Positions 31,070 through 39,963 of a stretch of DNA of 64,000 nucleotides are shown one piece after another. Position 1 is the first letter of the stretch, and every line of letters starts with the position of its first letter. The notes beneath the pieces are model-generated. The model saw nothing but the letters and a program-made list of their open reading frames with translations, had not been told where the DNA came from and made no database searches. The position numbers and the translations under genes were made by a program. Source of the DNA: Candidatus Hydrogenedentota bacterium (GTDB lineage: Bacteria > Hydrogenedentota > Hydrogenedentia > Hydrogenedentales > CAILVY01); the NCBI GenBank assembly GCA_029565395.1, contig JAKQOG010000290.1:24035-88034 (forward strand), written 5' to 3'.

Positions 31070-33604
31070 ATGGTTAAGAAGTTGATGGTGGCGCCGGAAG
31101 ACGTACGTAAAAGTCATTCTATCCAACTGGGAAAAATTCCCGTCAACACCTACAACCGGACAATCAAGCAAGAACTTGATTTGAAGTCCGGCATCACCGC
31201 CGAGCGCTGTCTGCGGATTTACAGAGATATGGCGATGGTCCGTGAATTCGAAACCATGCTGGATAATATCAAGAAGCTGGGCAGTTACCACGGCACGGCA
31301 TATAACCACGCCGGACCCGCCCACCTCTCCATCGGTCAGGAAGGTGCGGCTGTGGGCGAATGCGTTCACCTTTCCGTGGACGACCACATCTTCGGCAGTC
31401 ATCGGAGTCATGGCGAGATCGTTGCGAAGGGATTGCGCGCCGTCCAGGATCTCACCGCCAACGGTTTGAACTCCATTATGGAAAATTATTTCGGCGGCGT
31501 CATTCTCAAGGTCGTGCAAACGCATGAACCCAATTGGGAAGGCCTGACCCTTACGGAAAAGGGTAAAAAGAAGCCCGCCCTTGCCACGTCGGAAGAGGAA
31601 GAACTGGGCATCGACTTTCTGTTGTACGGCCTGCTCGCCGAAATTTTCGGACGCGAAAATGGTTTCAACAAAGGCATGGGCGGCTCCATGCACGCGTTCT
31701 GCCTCCCCTTCGGCGCGTACCCCGCGAACGCTATCGTCGGCGGCAGTGCGGATATCGCCACCGGCGCGGCGCTCTTCCGTAAAGTGCGGCGCAAGAGCGG
31801 TCTGTGCGTCGCCAATATCGGCGATGCGTCAGTGCACTGCGGACCCGTCTGGGAAGCCCTGAACTTCTCCACTATGGCCCAGTATTCCGAACTGTGGGGC
31901 GAAGGTTTTGAAGGCGGCCTGCCCATCATTTTCAATTTCATGGACAATTTCTACGGCATGGGCGGCCAGCCCATCGGTGAAACCGCCGGTTTCGAGCATC
32001 TCGCGCGCGTCGGCGCCGGATTGAACCCGGATAACATGCACGCGGAAGTCGTGGATGGCAACAATCCACTCGCCTTGGCCGACGCGTATAAACGCAAAAT
32101 CGATCTCATCAAGTCCGGCAAGGGGCCGGTGTTGCTCGATGTGCTGTGCTACCGGCAATCCGGCCACTCTCCAAGCGATCAATCCGCCTACCGCGAACGC
32201 GATGAGATCGAACTGTGGAAATCCGTGGATCCTCTCGTGGAATTCGCCGCGAAACTGAAAGACGCCGGTTTGGCTTCGGAAGATGACATCAAAACCATTC
32301 ACGCGTACGTGCAGCGCAAAGTATTCAAGGCATGCAACCTGGCCGTCAGCGAAGAAATCTCCCCGCGCATGAAACTCTCTCCACACCAAGGCGTCTCGCA
32401 AATGATGTTCCGCAACGAAGCGGAAAAACTTCCCGGGCTGGAACGCAAAGACGATGTGCGCATGCCTCTCGAAGAGAATTCGCGCGTCAAGAACATCGCC
32501 AAGAAATCGCGCAACGGCTTCGATGAAAACGGCGCGCCCCTGAAGAGCACCAAGGCGGTCACCTTCGGTGAAGCCATCTTCGAATCGGTGATCCATCACT
32601 TCTATAACGATTCACGCCTCGTGGCCTATGGCGAAGAAAACCGTGACTGGGGCGGCGCTTTCGCCGTGTACCAAGGACTCACGGACGCCCTGCCCTACAA
32701 CCGGCTCTTCAACTCCCCCATTTCCGAAGCCGCGATTGTCGGCACCGCCGTCGGGCTCGCCATGGAAGGCGGACGCGCCCTCGTCGAACTGATGTACTGC
32801 GACTTTATGGGCCGCGCGGGCGACGAAGTGTTCAACCAGTTGCCAAAATGGCAGGCAATGTCCGCCGGATTGATCAAGATGCCGGTGGTCCTGCGCGTGT
32901 CGGTCGGCGCGAAATACGGCGCGCAACACTCCCAGGACTGGACCGCCCTCGCCGCGCACGTGCCCGGCCTGAAAGTCATCTTCCCGGCCACGCCCTACAG
33001 CGCGAAAGGCCTGATGGCGTCCGCCCTCAGCGGCAACGACCCTGTGATTTTCTTCGAAAGTCAGCGGCTCTATAACCAGGTGGAAATCTTCCAACCGGGC
33101 GGCGTGCCTGCGGAATACTACCAACTGCCGATTGGCGAACCCGCCTGCATCAAGGAAGGCAAGGATCTCACCATCCTCACCTTCGGCGCCACGCTCTACC
33201 GCGCCATGGACGCCGCAAAACGTTTCGAAAAAGAATTCGGCATCTCCGCGGAAGTATGGGACGGGCAAACGCTTGTGCCGTTCAACTTCGCCCCCATCGT
33301 GGAAAGCGTCAAGAAAACCGGCAAACTGATCCTGTGCTCCGATGCATGCGAACGCGGCAGCTACATCCACACCATCGCCAGCCAGCTTGCGCAAATGGCC
33401 TTCGACTACCTCGATGCGCCCGTCTGCACCATTGGCGCGCAAAACTGGATCGTGCCGCCCGCCGAAATGGAAGAACAATATTTCCCGCAGGTCTTCAGCT
33501 TCCTCGACGCGTATCACCAGCAAATCAAGCCCCTGCCGGGATACACCCCCGTCATCAACCGCGCCCCGGAAGAAATGATCGCCCTCAACAAACTGGGCAT
33601 CTAA
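31070..33604 (+). CDS. Fused 2-oxoacid dehydrogenase E1 component, alpha+beta subunits in one 844-aa polypeptide (TPP-dependent)
   Basis: The N-terminal half resembles the E1 alpha TPP-binding domain; the C-terminal half resembles E1 beta/transketolase pyrimidine-binding and C-terminal domains (GEENRDWGGAFAVYQGL, PISEAAIVGTAVGLAMEG, FNFAPI). Confidence 0.75.
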   Translation: MVKKLMVAPEDVRKSHSIQLGKIPVNTYNRTIKQELDLKSGITAERCLRIYRDMAMVREFETMLDNIKKLGSYHGTAYNHAGPAHLSIGQEGAAVGECVHLSVDDHIFGSHRSHGEIVAKGLRAVQDLTANGLNSIMENYFGGVILKVVQTHEPNWEGLTLTEKGKKKPALATSEEEELGIDFLLYGLLAEIFGRENGFNKGMGGSMHAFCLPFGAYPANAIVGGSADIATGAALFRKVRRKSGLCVANIGDASVHCGPVWEALNFSTMAQYSELWGEGFEGGLPIIFNFMDNFYGMGGQPIGETAGFEHLARVGAGLNPDNMHAEVVDGNNPLALADAYKRKIDLIKSGKGPVLLDVLCYRQSGHSPSDQSAYRERDEIELWKSVDPLVEFAAKLKDAGLASEDDIKTIHAYVQRKVFKACNLAVSEEISPRMKLSPHQGVSQMMFRNEAEKLPGLERKDDVRMPLEENSRVKNIAKKSRNGFDENGAPLKSTKAVTFGEAIFESVIHHFYNDSRLVAYGEENRDWGGAFAVYQGLTDALPYNRLFNSPISEAAIVGTAVGLAMEGGRALVELMYCDFMGRAGDEVFNQLPKWQAMSAGLIKMPVVLRVSVGAKYGAQHSQDWTALAAHVPGLKVIFPATPYSAKGLMASALSGNDPVIFFESQRLYNQVEIFQPGGVPAEYYQLPIGEPACIKEGKDLTILTFGATLYRAMDAAKRFEKEFGISAEVWDGQTLVPFNFAPIVESVKKTGKLILCSDACERGSYIHTIASQLAQMAFDYLDAPVCTIGAQNWIVPPAEMEEQYFPQVFSFLDAYHQQIKPLPGYTPVINRAPEEMIALNKLGI

Positions 33605-33626
33605 GATACTCAAAATACCTCTTTGT

Positions 33627-33666
33627 AGAGCGGCGAACGTCAAAGCACGCCGCTCTGCATTTATTT
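33627..33666 (+). terminator. Rho-independent terminator after the E1 gene
   Basis: 9-bp stem AGAGCGGCG / CGCCGCTCT with a 12-nt loop, then GCATTTATTT. Confidence 0.6.
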
Positions 33667-33765
33667 AAGAGAGAATTGCATGAGAGGCGCCCAATGGAAT
33701 CCCATTGGATTCGTTAACTTGCCATACCTTTTGATTCGGGTTAGAATCTATACGAGGAAAAGAAA

Positions 33766-33973
33766 TATGAGCGAACTTATCTTTCTGGTTGAAGAAGCGC
33801 CTGAAGGCGGGTATACCGCTAGAGCTATGGGAGAAGCCATCTTCACGGAAGCTGATACCTTGGATGAATTGCATGCACAAATTCGTGATGCGGTGACCTG
33901 CCATTTCGAAGACCACGCCCGCCCTAAGATTGTCCGGCTCCATTTTGTTCGCGAAGAGGTTATTGCGGTGTGA
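33766..33973 (+). CDS. hicB: HicB-family antitoxin (small, RNase-H-like fold type)
   Basis: 69-aa product MSELIFLVEEAPEGGYTARAMGEAIFTEADTLDELHAQIRDAVTCHF, typical of short HicB/UPF0150 antitoxins. RBS GAGGAAAAG; ATGA overlap with the downstream hicA; local GC (~49%) below the surroundings. Confidence 0.7.
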
Positions 33974-34212
33974 GACTCCCGCGTGATATCTCCGGCATGG
34001 AACTCACTCATCGACTGAGCCGGCTTGGTTATCGGATAACCCGCACAACAGGCAGTCATCAACGCCTTACAACTATGCTTCAGGGGGAACATCATGTTAC
34101 TGTCCCGCTGCATTCTCCCTTGAGAATGGGCACTCTCGCCGCTATTCTAAACGAAGTATCACAACACTTCGATATGTCTCGTCAAGACCTTCAAGAACAA
34201 CTCTTCGATTGA
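33970..34212 (+). CDS. hicA: HicA-family mRNA-interferase toxin
   Basis: 80-aa product with the HicA/YcfA signature: GYRITRTTGSHQRL then HHVTVPLHSPLRMGTLAAIL (GSH and TVP.H blocks). Confidence 0.7.
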   Translation: MRLPRDISGMELTHRLSRLGYRITRTTGSHQRLTTMLQGEHHVTVPLHSPLRMGTLAAILNEVSQHFDMSRQDLQEQLFD

Positions 34213-34264
34213 TCAGTTCTTTATTTTGTAGTGATCTCCCCACCCTGAATCGGTCATACTATCC

Positions 34265-35653
34265 ATGGTGAACCAGTGCGGGAGTCCTGGAATGGAAAAA
34301 GAGCGAAGAAGTTACCCTTGGCAGCGGCGGCAACGCAAAATACTGGTGATCATATTCATTTTCTTTGTGGCACTGCCCGCTGCCCTGATTGCCCTGCGCA
34401 AATACCAGGATATTCAGTTCCAGAAACAACTGCAGGCCATTCGCGACGCCGGATTTCCCGCCACGGCCCCGGAGTTGGCCAACTACTATCCCACGCCGCC
34501 CGCTGATCAAAACGCCGCCGACCTGTATCAGCAGTCTTTCGATTTTAAAAAGCCGGGCCCGGCCAATCAGGAGTTCCGAGACCTTGAGCAAAAGCTTGGC
34601 GAGGTCAAGAAAGGCCGTTTTGCCGAAGATCTACACAAACTGGCGGAGGACTATCTGGCGGAAAATACAGAAAAACTCCGGCTCCTGCACGAGGCCGCCA
34701 AATTCCCTGCATGCCGCTTTCCCCTCGATTTTTCCAAAGGTTCTGCGCTCGAACTGCCCCATCTGAGCCAACTTCGCGCATCCATGCGGTTATTGTCGCT
34801 GGAAGCCATTCTGGCCGCCGAAGATGGCGATATGAACCGCGCCCTGGATTCCATCCTCACCGCCTTCGCCGTCACAAATGCCATTCGTCAGGAACCCCTC
34901 GTCATCTCACAACTGGTCTGGATGGCTTGCCATGGAATCGCCTGTGATACGGTGCGCCGCACGATGGATCTGGCGCCTTTTTCCGAAGAACAACTGGCGC
35001 AACTCGCAACCGCTCTGAAAAATGCCGAAGACCCCGAATCCATGGGCCGCGGACTGGCGGGCGAGCGCGTCCTGGCGCTTATGGCGTATGAGGATCCGAT
35101 ACTGATTACCAATGATCTTGACCACACTATTCATGGAGCAGGTACGGCCGCCGCGGCGTTGTTACAAGTAACAGGCGCACTTAACCGCGATTGTGAATAC
35201 TACCTGCGCATGATGAACCAGATGATTGATGCAAGCCGCCTGCCCGCATACGAAGCCATGCCTGCCATGCGCCAAATCGAGAGGCGTCTGAATGCTTCCT
35301 CCTCTTGGCTCCCTAGCATTGCCCGCATCCAACTTCCCGCACTCACGCGGATTATAGAAGCCCAGGCGCGTGACCAGGCAATACTCCGAACCACCGCCAC
35401 TTCCGTTGCTATCGAGCGGTACCGGCTGCTCTATAACCATCTCCCGGAACAAATCAACGATCTCACCCCCTCCTTTCTCGAATCCATTCCTATTGATCCC
35501 TTCGACGGACAACCCCTGCACTATCGCCGCCTTGATACCGGCTATGTGGTCTACAGTGTTGGTCTCAATCTAAAAGATGATGACGGCGCCGAGCCGCTGC
35601 CCAGACTAGACAACCGTATGACCGGCGACATTATTTTCAGGGTCGAACGATGA
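34265..35653 (+). CDS. Membrane-anchored protein of unknown function, paralog A: N-terminal signal-anchor, ~330-aa alpha-helical domain, C-terminal GspG-pseudopilin-like domain
   Basis: Basic cytoplasmic stub YPWQRRQRK followed by a TM helix; C-terminus AIERYRLLYNHLPEQINDLTPSFLESIPIDPFDGQPLHYRRLDTGYVVYSVGLNLKDDDG resembles the GspG/EpsG ALDMYKLDN..YPTTEQGL...LPKDPWGNDYQLL...DIFTLGADG region. Alternative start ATG 34292. Confidence 0.7.
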   Translation: MVNQCGSPGMEKERRSYPWQRRQRKILVIIFIFFVALPAALIALRKYQDIQFQKQLQAIRDAGFPATAPELANYYPTPPADQNAADLYQQSFDFKKPGPANQEFRDLEQKLGEVKKGRFAEDLHKLAEDYLAENTEKLRLLHEAAKFPACRFPLDFSKGSALELPHLSQLRASMRLLSLEAILAAEDGDMNRALDSILTAFAVTNAIRQEPLVISQLVWMACHGIACDTVRRTMDLAPFSEEQLAQLATALKNAEDPESMGRGLAGERVLALMAYEDPILITNDLDHTIHGAGTAAAALLQVTGALNRDCEYYLRMMNQMIDASRLPAYEAMPAMRQIERRLNASSSWLPSIARIQLPALTRIIEAQARDQAILRTTATSVAIERYRLLYNHLPEQINDLTPSFLESIPIDPFDGQPLHYRRLDTGYVVYSVGLNLKDDDGAEPLPRLDNRMTGDIIFRVER

Positions 35654-37059
35654 TCGTCTCCCAGCCCCATACCCATAACCAGCGCTACCCATGGCGGAAA
35701 CGCCGGCGGCGGGTACTGCTGGCGCTATTTTTGCTCGTTGTACTCCTTGGGGGCGGACTGGCGGTATTTAATTGGAAAATAAACACTCGTACGGAAGCCA
35801 TGCTCAAAACCTTACAGGCATCAGGCATTCCCACCACCCCAAAAGAACTGGAAAATCAATACCCCGCGCCGCCCCAAGGCAAGAACGCCGCTGAAACCTA
35901 TCAAAAAGCCTTTGAGACCGGAAAATACGACGAAAACGCAGAATCCTATGCCAAAATCGACGATAAAATGAGGGAAGAATCCAAGGATTCCAATCATCAG
36001 CCGACTCTATCTGATACGCTGCGCTCCATGGTCCGGGAGTATCTCAATGCGAACGCGGAAACCCTGCGCCTCTTGCATGAAGCCGCGAAAACCCCCGGCA
36101 GCCGCTATCCTTTGGACTTCTCCGATCCCATCAATATGAAATTAGACCATCTGGCCAAAATCCGGCAATCGCTGCGCTTGTTAAAACTGGAAGCCATGCT
36201 GGCCGCGGATGACAAGGATTTCGATAAAGCCCTGGAAGCCATCCGTGCCATGCTGGCGGCAGGGGATTCCGTTCGTCAAGAACCCATATTCATTTCCCAA
36301 CTGGTCCGGAATGCCTGCCATGGGTTGACTGTCGACGCACTTCAGTATGTACTGGCCTCCGGCACATTAACGGAGGAACAACTGGCGCGTCTGAATGACA
36401 TGTTCACACACCAGATAGACACGGAATCCTTTACACGCGGCTTACAGGGAGAATATATAGTCGGCATGGCTGTTTTTGATCGTCCCGAAATTATGGCGGA
36501 CCTCTACAAGGATATGTTTGGGGTTGAATCCTATGTGCCCGGCGCTACACGCACTCTCTTGCGGGTCGTCAGTATGACCGGATGGACGGAAGCGGATCGA
36601 TACCGCTATCTGAGCCGTCTCAGCGAGCTTAACGCTATCAGCCGCATGCCGGTCTATGAGGCCATCCCTGCCATGCAGGCCTTTGAAGACCAAATCCAGC
36701 GAAACAATTCCTGGATACCGACGATTTCCGGAAATCTTTCCTCCGGCCTGAGTAGAGCGGTCTTTTCGTTTGGCCGGGATCAGGCACAGATTCAATTTGC
36801 CACCACCGCCATTGCCATACAACGCTACCAATCATTCACTTCCAAACTTCCGGACTCTCTCAATGACCTTGTTCCGTCTTTCATGAGTTCCATGCCCCAA
36901 GATCCCTTCGATGGACAGCCCATGCGCTACCGCCGAATCGAAAATGGGTACCTCGTGTATAGCGTCGGATATAACCAACAGGACGAGGGCGGAGTTGCCC
37001 CCGCTGAAAATCAGGATAGGTATCGAACCGGAGACATCATTTTTACTCTGGAACACTGA
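35650..37059 (+). CDS. Membrane-anchored protein of unknown function, paralog B (tandem duplicate of 34265..35653)
   Basis: Same architecture and colinear similarity to paralog A: YPWRKRRRR then a TM helix; shared blocks LRLLHEAAK, RYPLDFS, QEPIFISQLVRNACHG; C-terminus AIQRYQSFTSKLPDSLNDLVPSFMSSMPQDPFDGQPMRYRRIENGYLVYSVGYNQQDEGG. ATGA overlap with paralog A. Confidence 0.7.
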   Translation: MIVSQPHTHNQRYPWRKRRRRVLLALFLLVVLLGGGLAVFNWKINTRTEAMLKTLQASGIPTTPKELENQYPAPPQGKNAAETYQKAFETGKYDENAESYAKIDDKMREESKDSNHQPTLSDTLRSMVREYLNANAETLRLLHEAAKTPGSRYPLDFSDPINMKLDHLAKIRQSLRLLKLEAMLAADDKDFDKALEAIRAMLAAGDSVRQEPIFISQLVRNACHGLTVDALQYVLASGTLTEEQLARLNDMFTHQIDTESFTRGLQGEYIVGMAVFDRPEIMADLYKDMFGVESYVPGATRTLLRVVSMTGWTEADRYRYLSRLSELNAISRMPVYEAIPAMQAFEDQIQRNNSWIPTISGNLSSGLSRAVFSFGRDQAQIQFATTAIAIQRYQSFTSKLPDSLNDLVPSFMSSMPQDPFDGQPMRYRRIENGYLVYSVGYNQQDEGGVAPAENQDRYRTGDIIFTLEH

Positions 37060-37783
37060 CTTTTTGAGGTGTGCCGTGTCTGTGGCGTCCCGCGCGGAGA
37101 TTGAGCAATTCCACAAACAGCGAGAAGAACATCGCGAAATAGATGTAGCCTTTTTCAATGTGCTTTCCAAAACCTTCCGCGACCAGCATCACGCCAATCA
37201 ATAGAAGGAATGCCAGGGCCAGCATGCGGATGGTGGGATGGCGGTTGACAAAGCCTGTCACCGCGCCTGCGAACAGCATCATCACCATCACCGCCAGGAC
37301 AATTGCGGCCACCATCACCGGCACGCGCTGCGCCATGCCCACGGCGGTAATCACGGAATCGAGTGAAAAAACCAAATCGAGCAGCAATATCTGCACAATG
37401 GCGGAAGCAAAGGATTTCGCCGCTCTGGCATGTGAGACCTCTGATTCGTCACCTTCTGTTTTCTCGTGGATTTCCTTCACCGCTTTCCAAATCAAAAACA
37501 ATCCCCCGCCCAGCAGAATGATGTCACGTCCAGACACCGGATGCCCCAGCACGGTAAACAGGGATTGCTGCATGGACATAATAAAACTAATGGAAAGAAG
37601 CAGACCAATCCGTAGGAACATGGCCAGCCCCAGGCCAAGCTGACGCGCCTTAGGTTGTTGAGCTTTTGGCAAACGCCCCGTGACCACCGCCAGCACCACG
37701 ATATTGTCAATGCCGAGTACAATCTCCAATGCCGTCAACGTCACCAGCGCTATCAAACTCTCCACCGTCAATAAATCATGCAT
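37043..37783 (-). CDS. terC: TerC-family integral membrane protein
   Basis: The TerC hallmark LEIVLGIDNIVVLAVVTGRLP recurs as a second half-repeat; 246 aa, ~7 TM helices. Confidence 0.8.
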   Translation of the reverse strand: MHDLLTVESLIALVTLTALEIVLGIDNIVVLAVVTGRLPKAQQPKARQLGLGLAMFLRIGLLLSISFIMSMQQSLFTVLGHPVSGRDIILLGGGLFLIWKAVKEIHEKTEGDESEVSHARAAKSFASAIVQILLLDLVFSLDSVITAVGMAQRVPVMVAAIVLAVMVMMLFAGAVTGFVNRHPTIRMLALAFLLLIGVMLVAEGFGKHIEKGYIYFAMFFSLFVELLNLRAGRHRHGTPQKVSVPE

Positions 37784-37850
37784 AGTTTTGGATCTCCATA
37801 CAGAAATACCCTTTAAAGACTCCTCTTATTCAAGCGGAGTTACCATTTAA

Positions 37851-37957
37851 GGGAGGGCGAGGCTCCCGCCGAGCCGTCAAACAAAACATCCAATTATCGT
37901 AGTGTAAGAAGAATATTTTGCTTTTGTTTCACGGCTCGGCAGGAGCCTCGCCCTCCC
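37851..37957. repeat. MITE-like palindromic element, copy 1 (107 bp)
   Basis: Arms GGGAGGGCGAGGCTCCCGCCGAGCCGTCAAACAAAA / TTTTGTTTCACGGCTCGGCAGGAGCCTCGCCCTCCC are near-perfect reverse complements around an AT-rich core. Intergenic, between terC and the oxidoreductase gene. Confidence 0.85.
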
Positions 37958-37960
37958 GGA

Positions 37961-39085
37961 TTATTTAAATTTCACTGCCTTGGACACGGATTGTTCGCAC
38001 ACTTCCCCGGCGGTGACTTCACGGCCCAGCGCATTCGACAAATAAATTCCCTCGGAAATGAGCATGGTATTCAGCGCGATCTCCGCCGTGGGCAACAATT
38101 CGACCCGCCCCTGCAATGCCGCCGCCCAATGATGCTGCGGGCTGTCATACACATCGCCAACGGTATGTACGTTCTGCAAGCGGTACTCGAATGTCTCCAG
38201 ATCCGCCGTGCAATCGAATTCCAGGTCGTCAATGTTGTGATAATAGCCAAACGGATTCAGCCGCACTCCTCCCTGGCTGCCCGCCACTGAAGATCCCTCA
38301 AACGCGTTCAGATGAATGGCCCACGATTCAATGATATCCAGCGTGATGCCGCCCTCGAACCGGACAAACCCCACCCCCAGCTCTTCCACGTCATACCCGC
38401 TCGACGCGCGGCGATTGGGATCCATGTCCGTTTCTTGATAGATCTTCCCCGTGATCGTGAGCACTTTCGGATTGCCCAGCAAATACAGCATGTTCGAGAT
38501 ATGATAGACCCCCATGTCAAACAAAGCGCCCCCCGCCGCCACCTCTTTCTGCACAAAACTGGCCGTGCCATAGCCGTCTACAAACGGCCGCTTGCGCCGC
38601 CGGAATCCGGTGGAGCGCGCATGATACAGCGTGCCCAGATGCCCGCCGTCAATGAGCGCCTTGGCCGCTTTGGTTTCGCGTGTAAACAGCGTAGCCAGTT
38701 GAATGGACAGCTTCCTTTTCAATTTACGCGCGGACGTCAGCATAGCTTCCGCATCGCAATACGCCCCAGCCATCGGCTTCTCGCAAAAAACATGCTTGCC
38801 CGCCTTCAGCGCCGCCACGGCAAAGGGCATGTGCAGATTATTGTGCAGGCAAATATCCACCGCTTCGATATCCGATCGCTTCAGAAGATCCGCAGCATTG
38901 AAATAAACATGCGGAATCTTGTACAGCTTGCCCACCCGCCGCGCTTCCGTCGTATTGGCATCCGCCAGCGCCACCATCTCCACCCCAGGAATGGCCGCAT
39001 ATCGATCCAGATGCTCCTTGCCGATCTGCCCAACACCGATAATGCCCAGGCGCGTCTTTTTCGTACTCATGGCCTTCCCTTTCAC
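37961..39085 (-). CDS. Gfo/Idh/MocA-family NAD(P)-dependent oxidoreductase
   Basis: N-terminal Rossmann block [18 protein letters not shown] block VFCEKPMA, and the family C-terminal alpha/beta domain. Confidence 0.8.
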   Translation of the reverse strand: MKGKAMSTKKTRLGIIGVGQIGKEHLDRYAAIPGVEMVALADANTTEARRVGKLYKIPHVYFNAADLLKRSDIEAVDICLHNNLHMPFAVAALKAGKHVFCEKPMAGAYCDAEAMLTSARKLKRKLSIQLATLFTRETKAAKALIDGGHLGTLYHARSTGFRRRKRPFVDGYGTASFVQKEVAAGGALFDMGVYHISNMLYLLGNPKVLTITGKIYQETDMDPNRRASSGYDVEELGVGFVRFEGGITLDIIESWAIHLNAFEGSSVAGSQGGVRLNPFGYYHNIDDLEFDCTADLETFEYRLQNVHTVGDVYDSPQHHWAAALQGRVELLPTAEIALNTMLISEGIYLSNALGREVTAGEVCEQSVSKAVKFK

Positions 39086-39927
39086 AATGCGCCTAATTTT
39101 TCCAGATTCCGCCGGATCAATGCCGCCGTTTTTGCCGCCGCGCCGTATTCATCACCGTCTTCCGGGCAACTCTCCACCCCCCAGCAGCCTTTATACCCCG
39201 ACTCCACCAACAATCGAATCGCTTTCGCCAGGTTCACCGACGGGTCATTGCCCTGTGCATCGAAATTAAACGTTTTGAAATGGGTGGACCGCGCATACTT
39301 CGCGCACAGTTCCCAGCCCTTTTCCTTCAACTCGGTCGCCCAATTGTGGGAGTCAAACAACAGGCCAAGCCCCGGAACCGCCTCCAGGATCCGCACCACA
39401 TTTTCCGGGACAACCGATGGGCCCCAGTGATTTTCCATAAGAAGTTCAATGCCTTTGTCACGCGCGCGCGCAAGAATGTCCTCATACCCTTCCACGACGA
39501 TTTCCAGCACCGCGTCCGGCAGTTCCTGCGGCCCGCCCGCGTCAATGCGCACCTGCGCCGCACCCAATGTCTCCGCCACATCCAGCCAGCGATAGGCCAG
39601 GCGGCGGTTGGCCTCACGCGCCGCCGGATCCTCTTCGTAAATGTGCGCGCCATCCACCGCAATGCAGCCAAACGGCAGCCCCGCCGCCTCTGCCGCCTCC
39701 TTCACGCGCCGCACATACGCGTCATCCTGCGAGGAGAGCACTGCATGCCCAGGGTCGGCGCCCGCCTTCGCCACATGGTCGCCACCCTGCAATGGCGCCA
39801 ACTGCGCATTCCACGGATCAAGTTGCGTGGCGCCCAACTCCTTGCAGTCCGTGATGTACTTGAAAATATCCTGTTGTCCCGATTCCAGCAACCGGTGAAA
39901 ACTAAATCCTCCAAAACTCAGCTCCAT
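39082..39927 (-). CDS. Sugar phosphate isomerase/epimerase (xylose-isomerase-like TIM barrel) family protein
   Basis: AP-endonuclease-2/TIM-barrel family pattern; start taken at [10 protein letters not shown] (ATG 39927; the longest ORF extends to 39963). 4-nt overlap with the downstream oxidoreductase gene indicates an operon. Confidence 0.65.
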   Translation of the reverse strand: MELSFGGFSFHRLLESGQQDIFKYITDCKELGATQLDPWNAQLAPLQGGDHVAKAGADPGHAVLSSQDDAYVRRVKEAAEAAGLPFGCIAVDGAHIYEEDPAAREANRRLAYRWLDVAETLGAAQVRIDAGGPQELPDAVLEIVVEGYEDILARARDKGIELLMENHWGPSVVPENVVRILEAVPGLGLLFDSHNWATELKEKGWELCAKYARSTHFKTFNFDAQGNDPSVNLAKAIRLLVESGYKGCWGVESCPEDGDEYGAAAKTAALIRRNLEKLGAL

Positions 39928-39963
39928 GTCGCGCTCCTTTGTAGATTTCCCACAGTATACCAA

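Noticed and set aside
37784-37850. Possible yybP-ykoY (Mn2+) riboswitch in the terC leader
   Set aside because: TerC genes often carry this riboswitch, but the leader here is short and mostly occupied by the MITE-like palindrome. The conserved yybP-ykoY elements are not visible.
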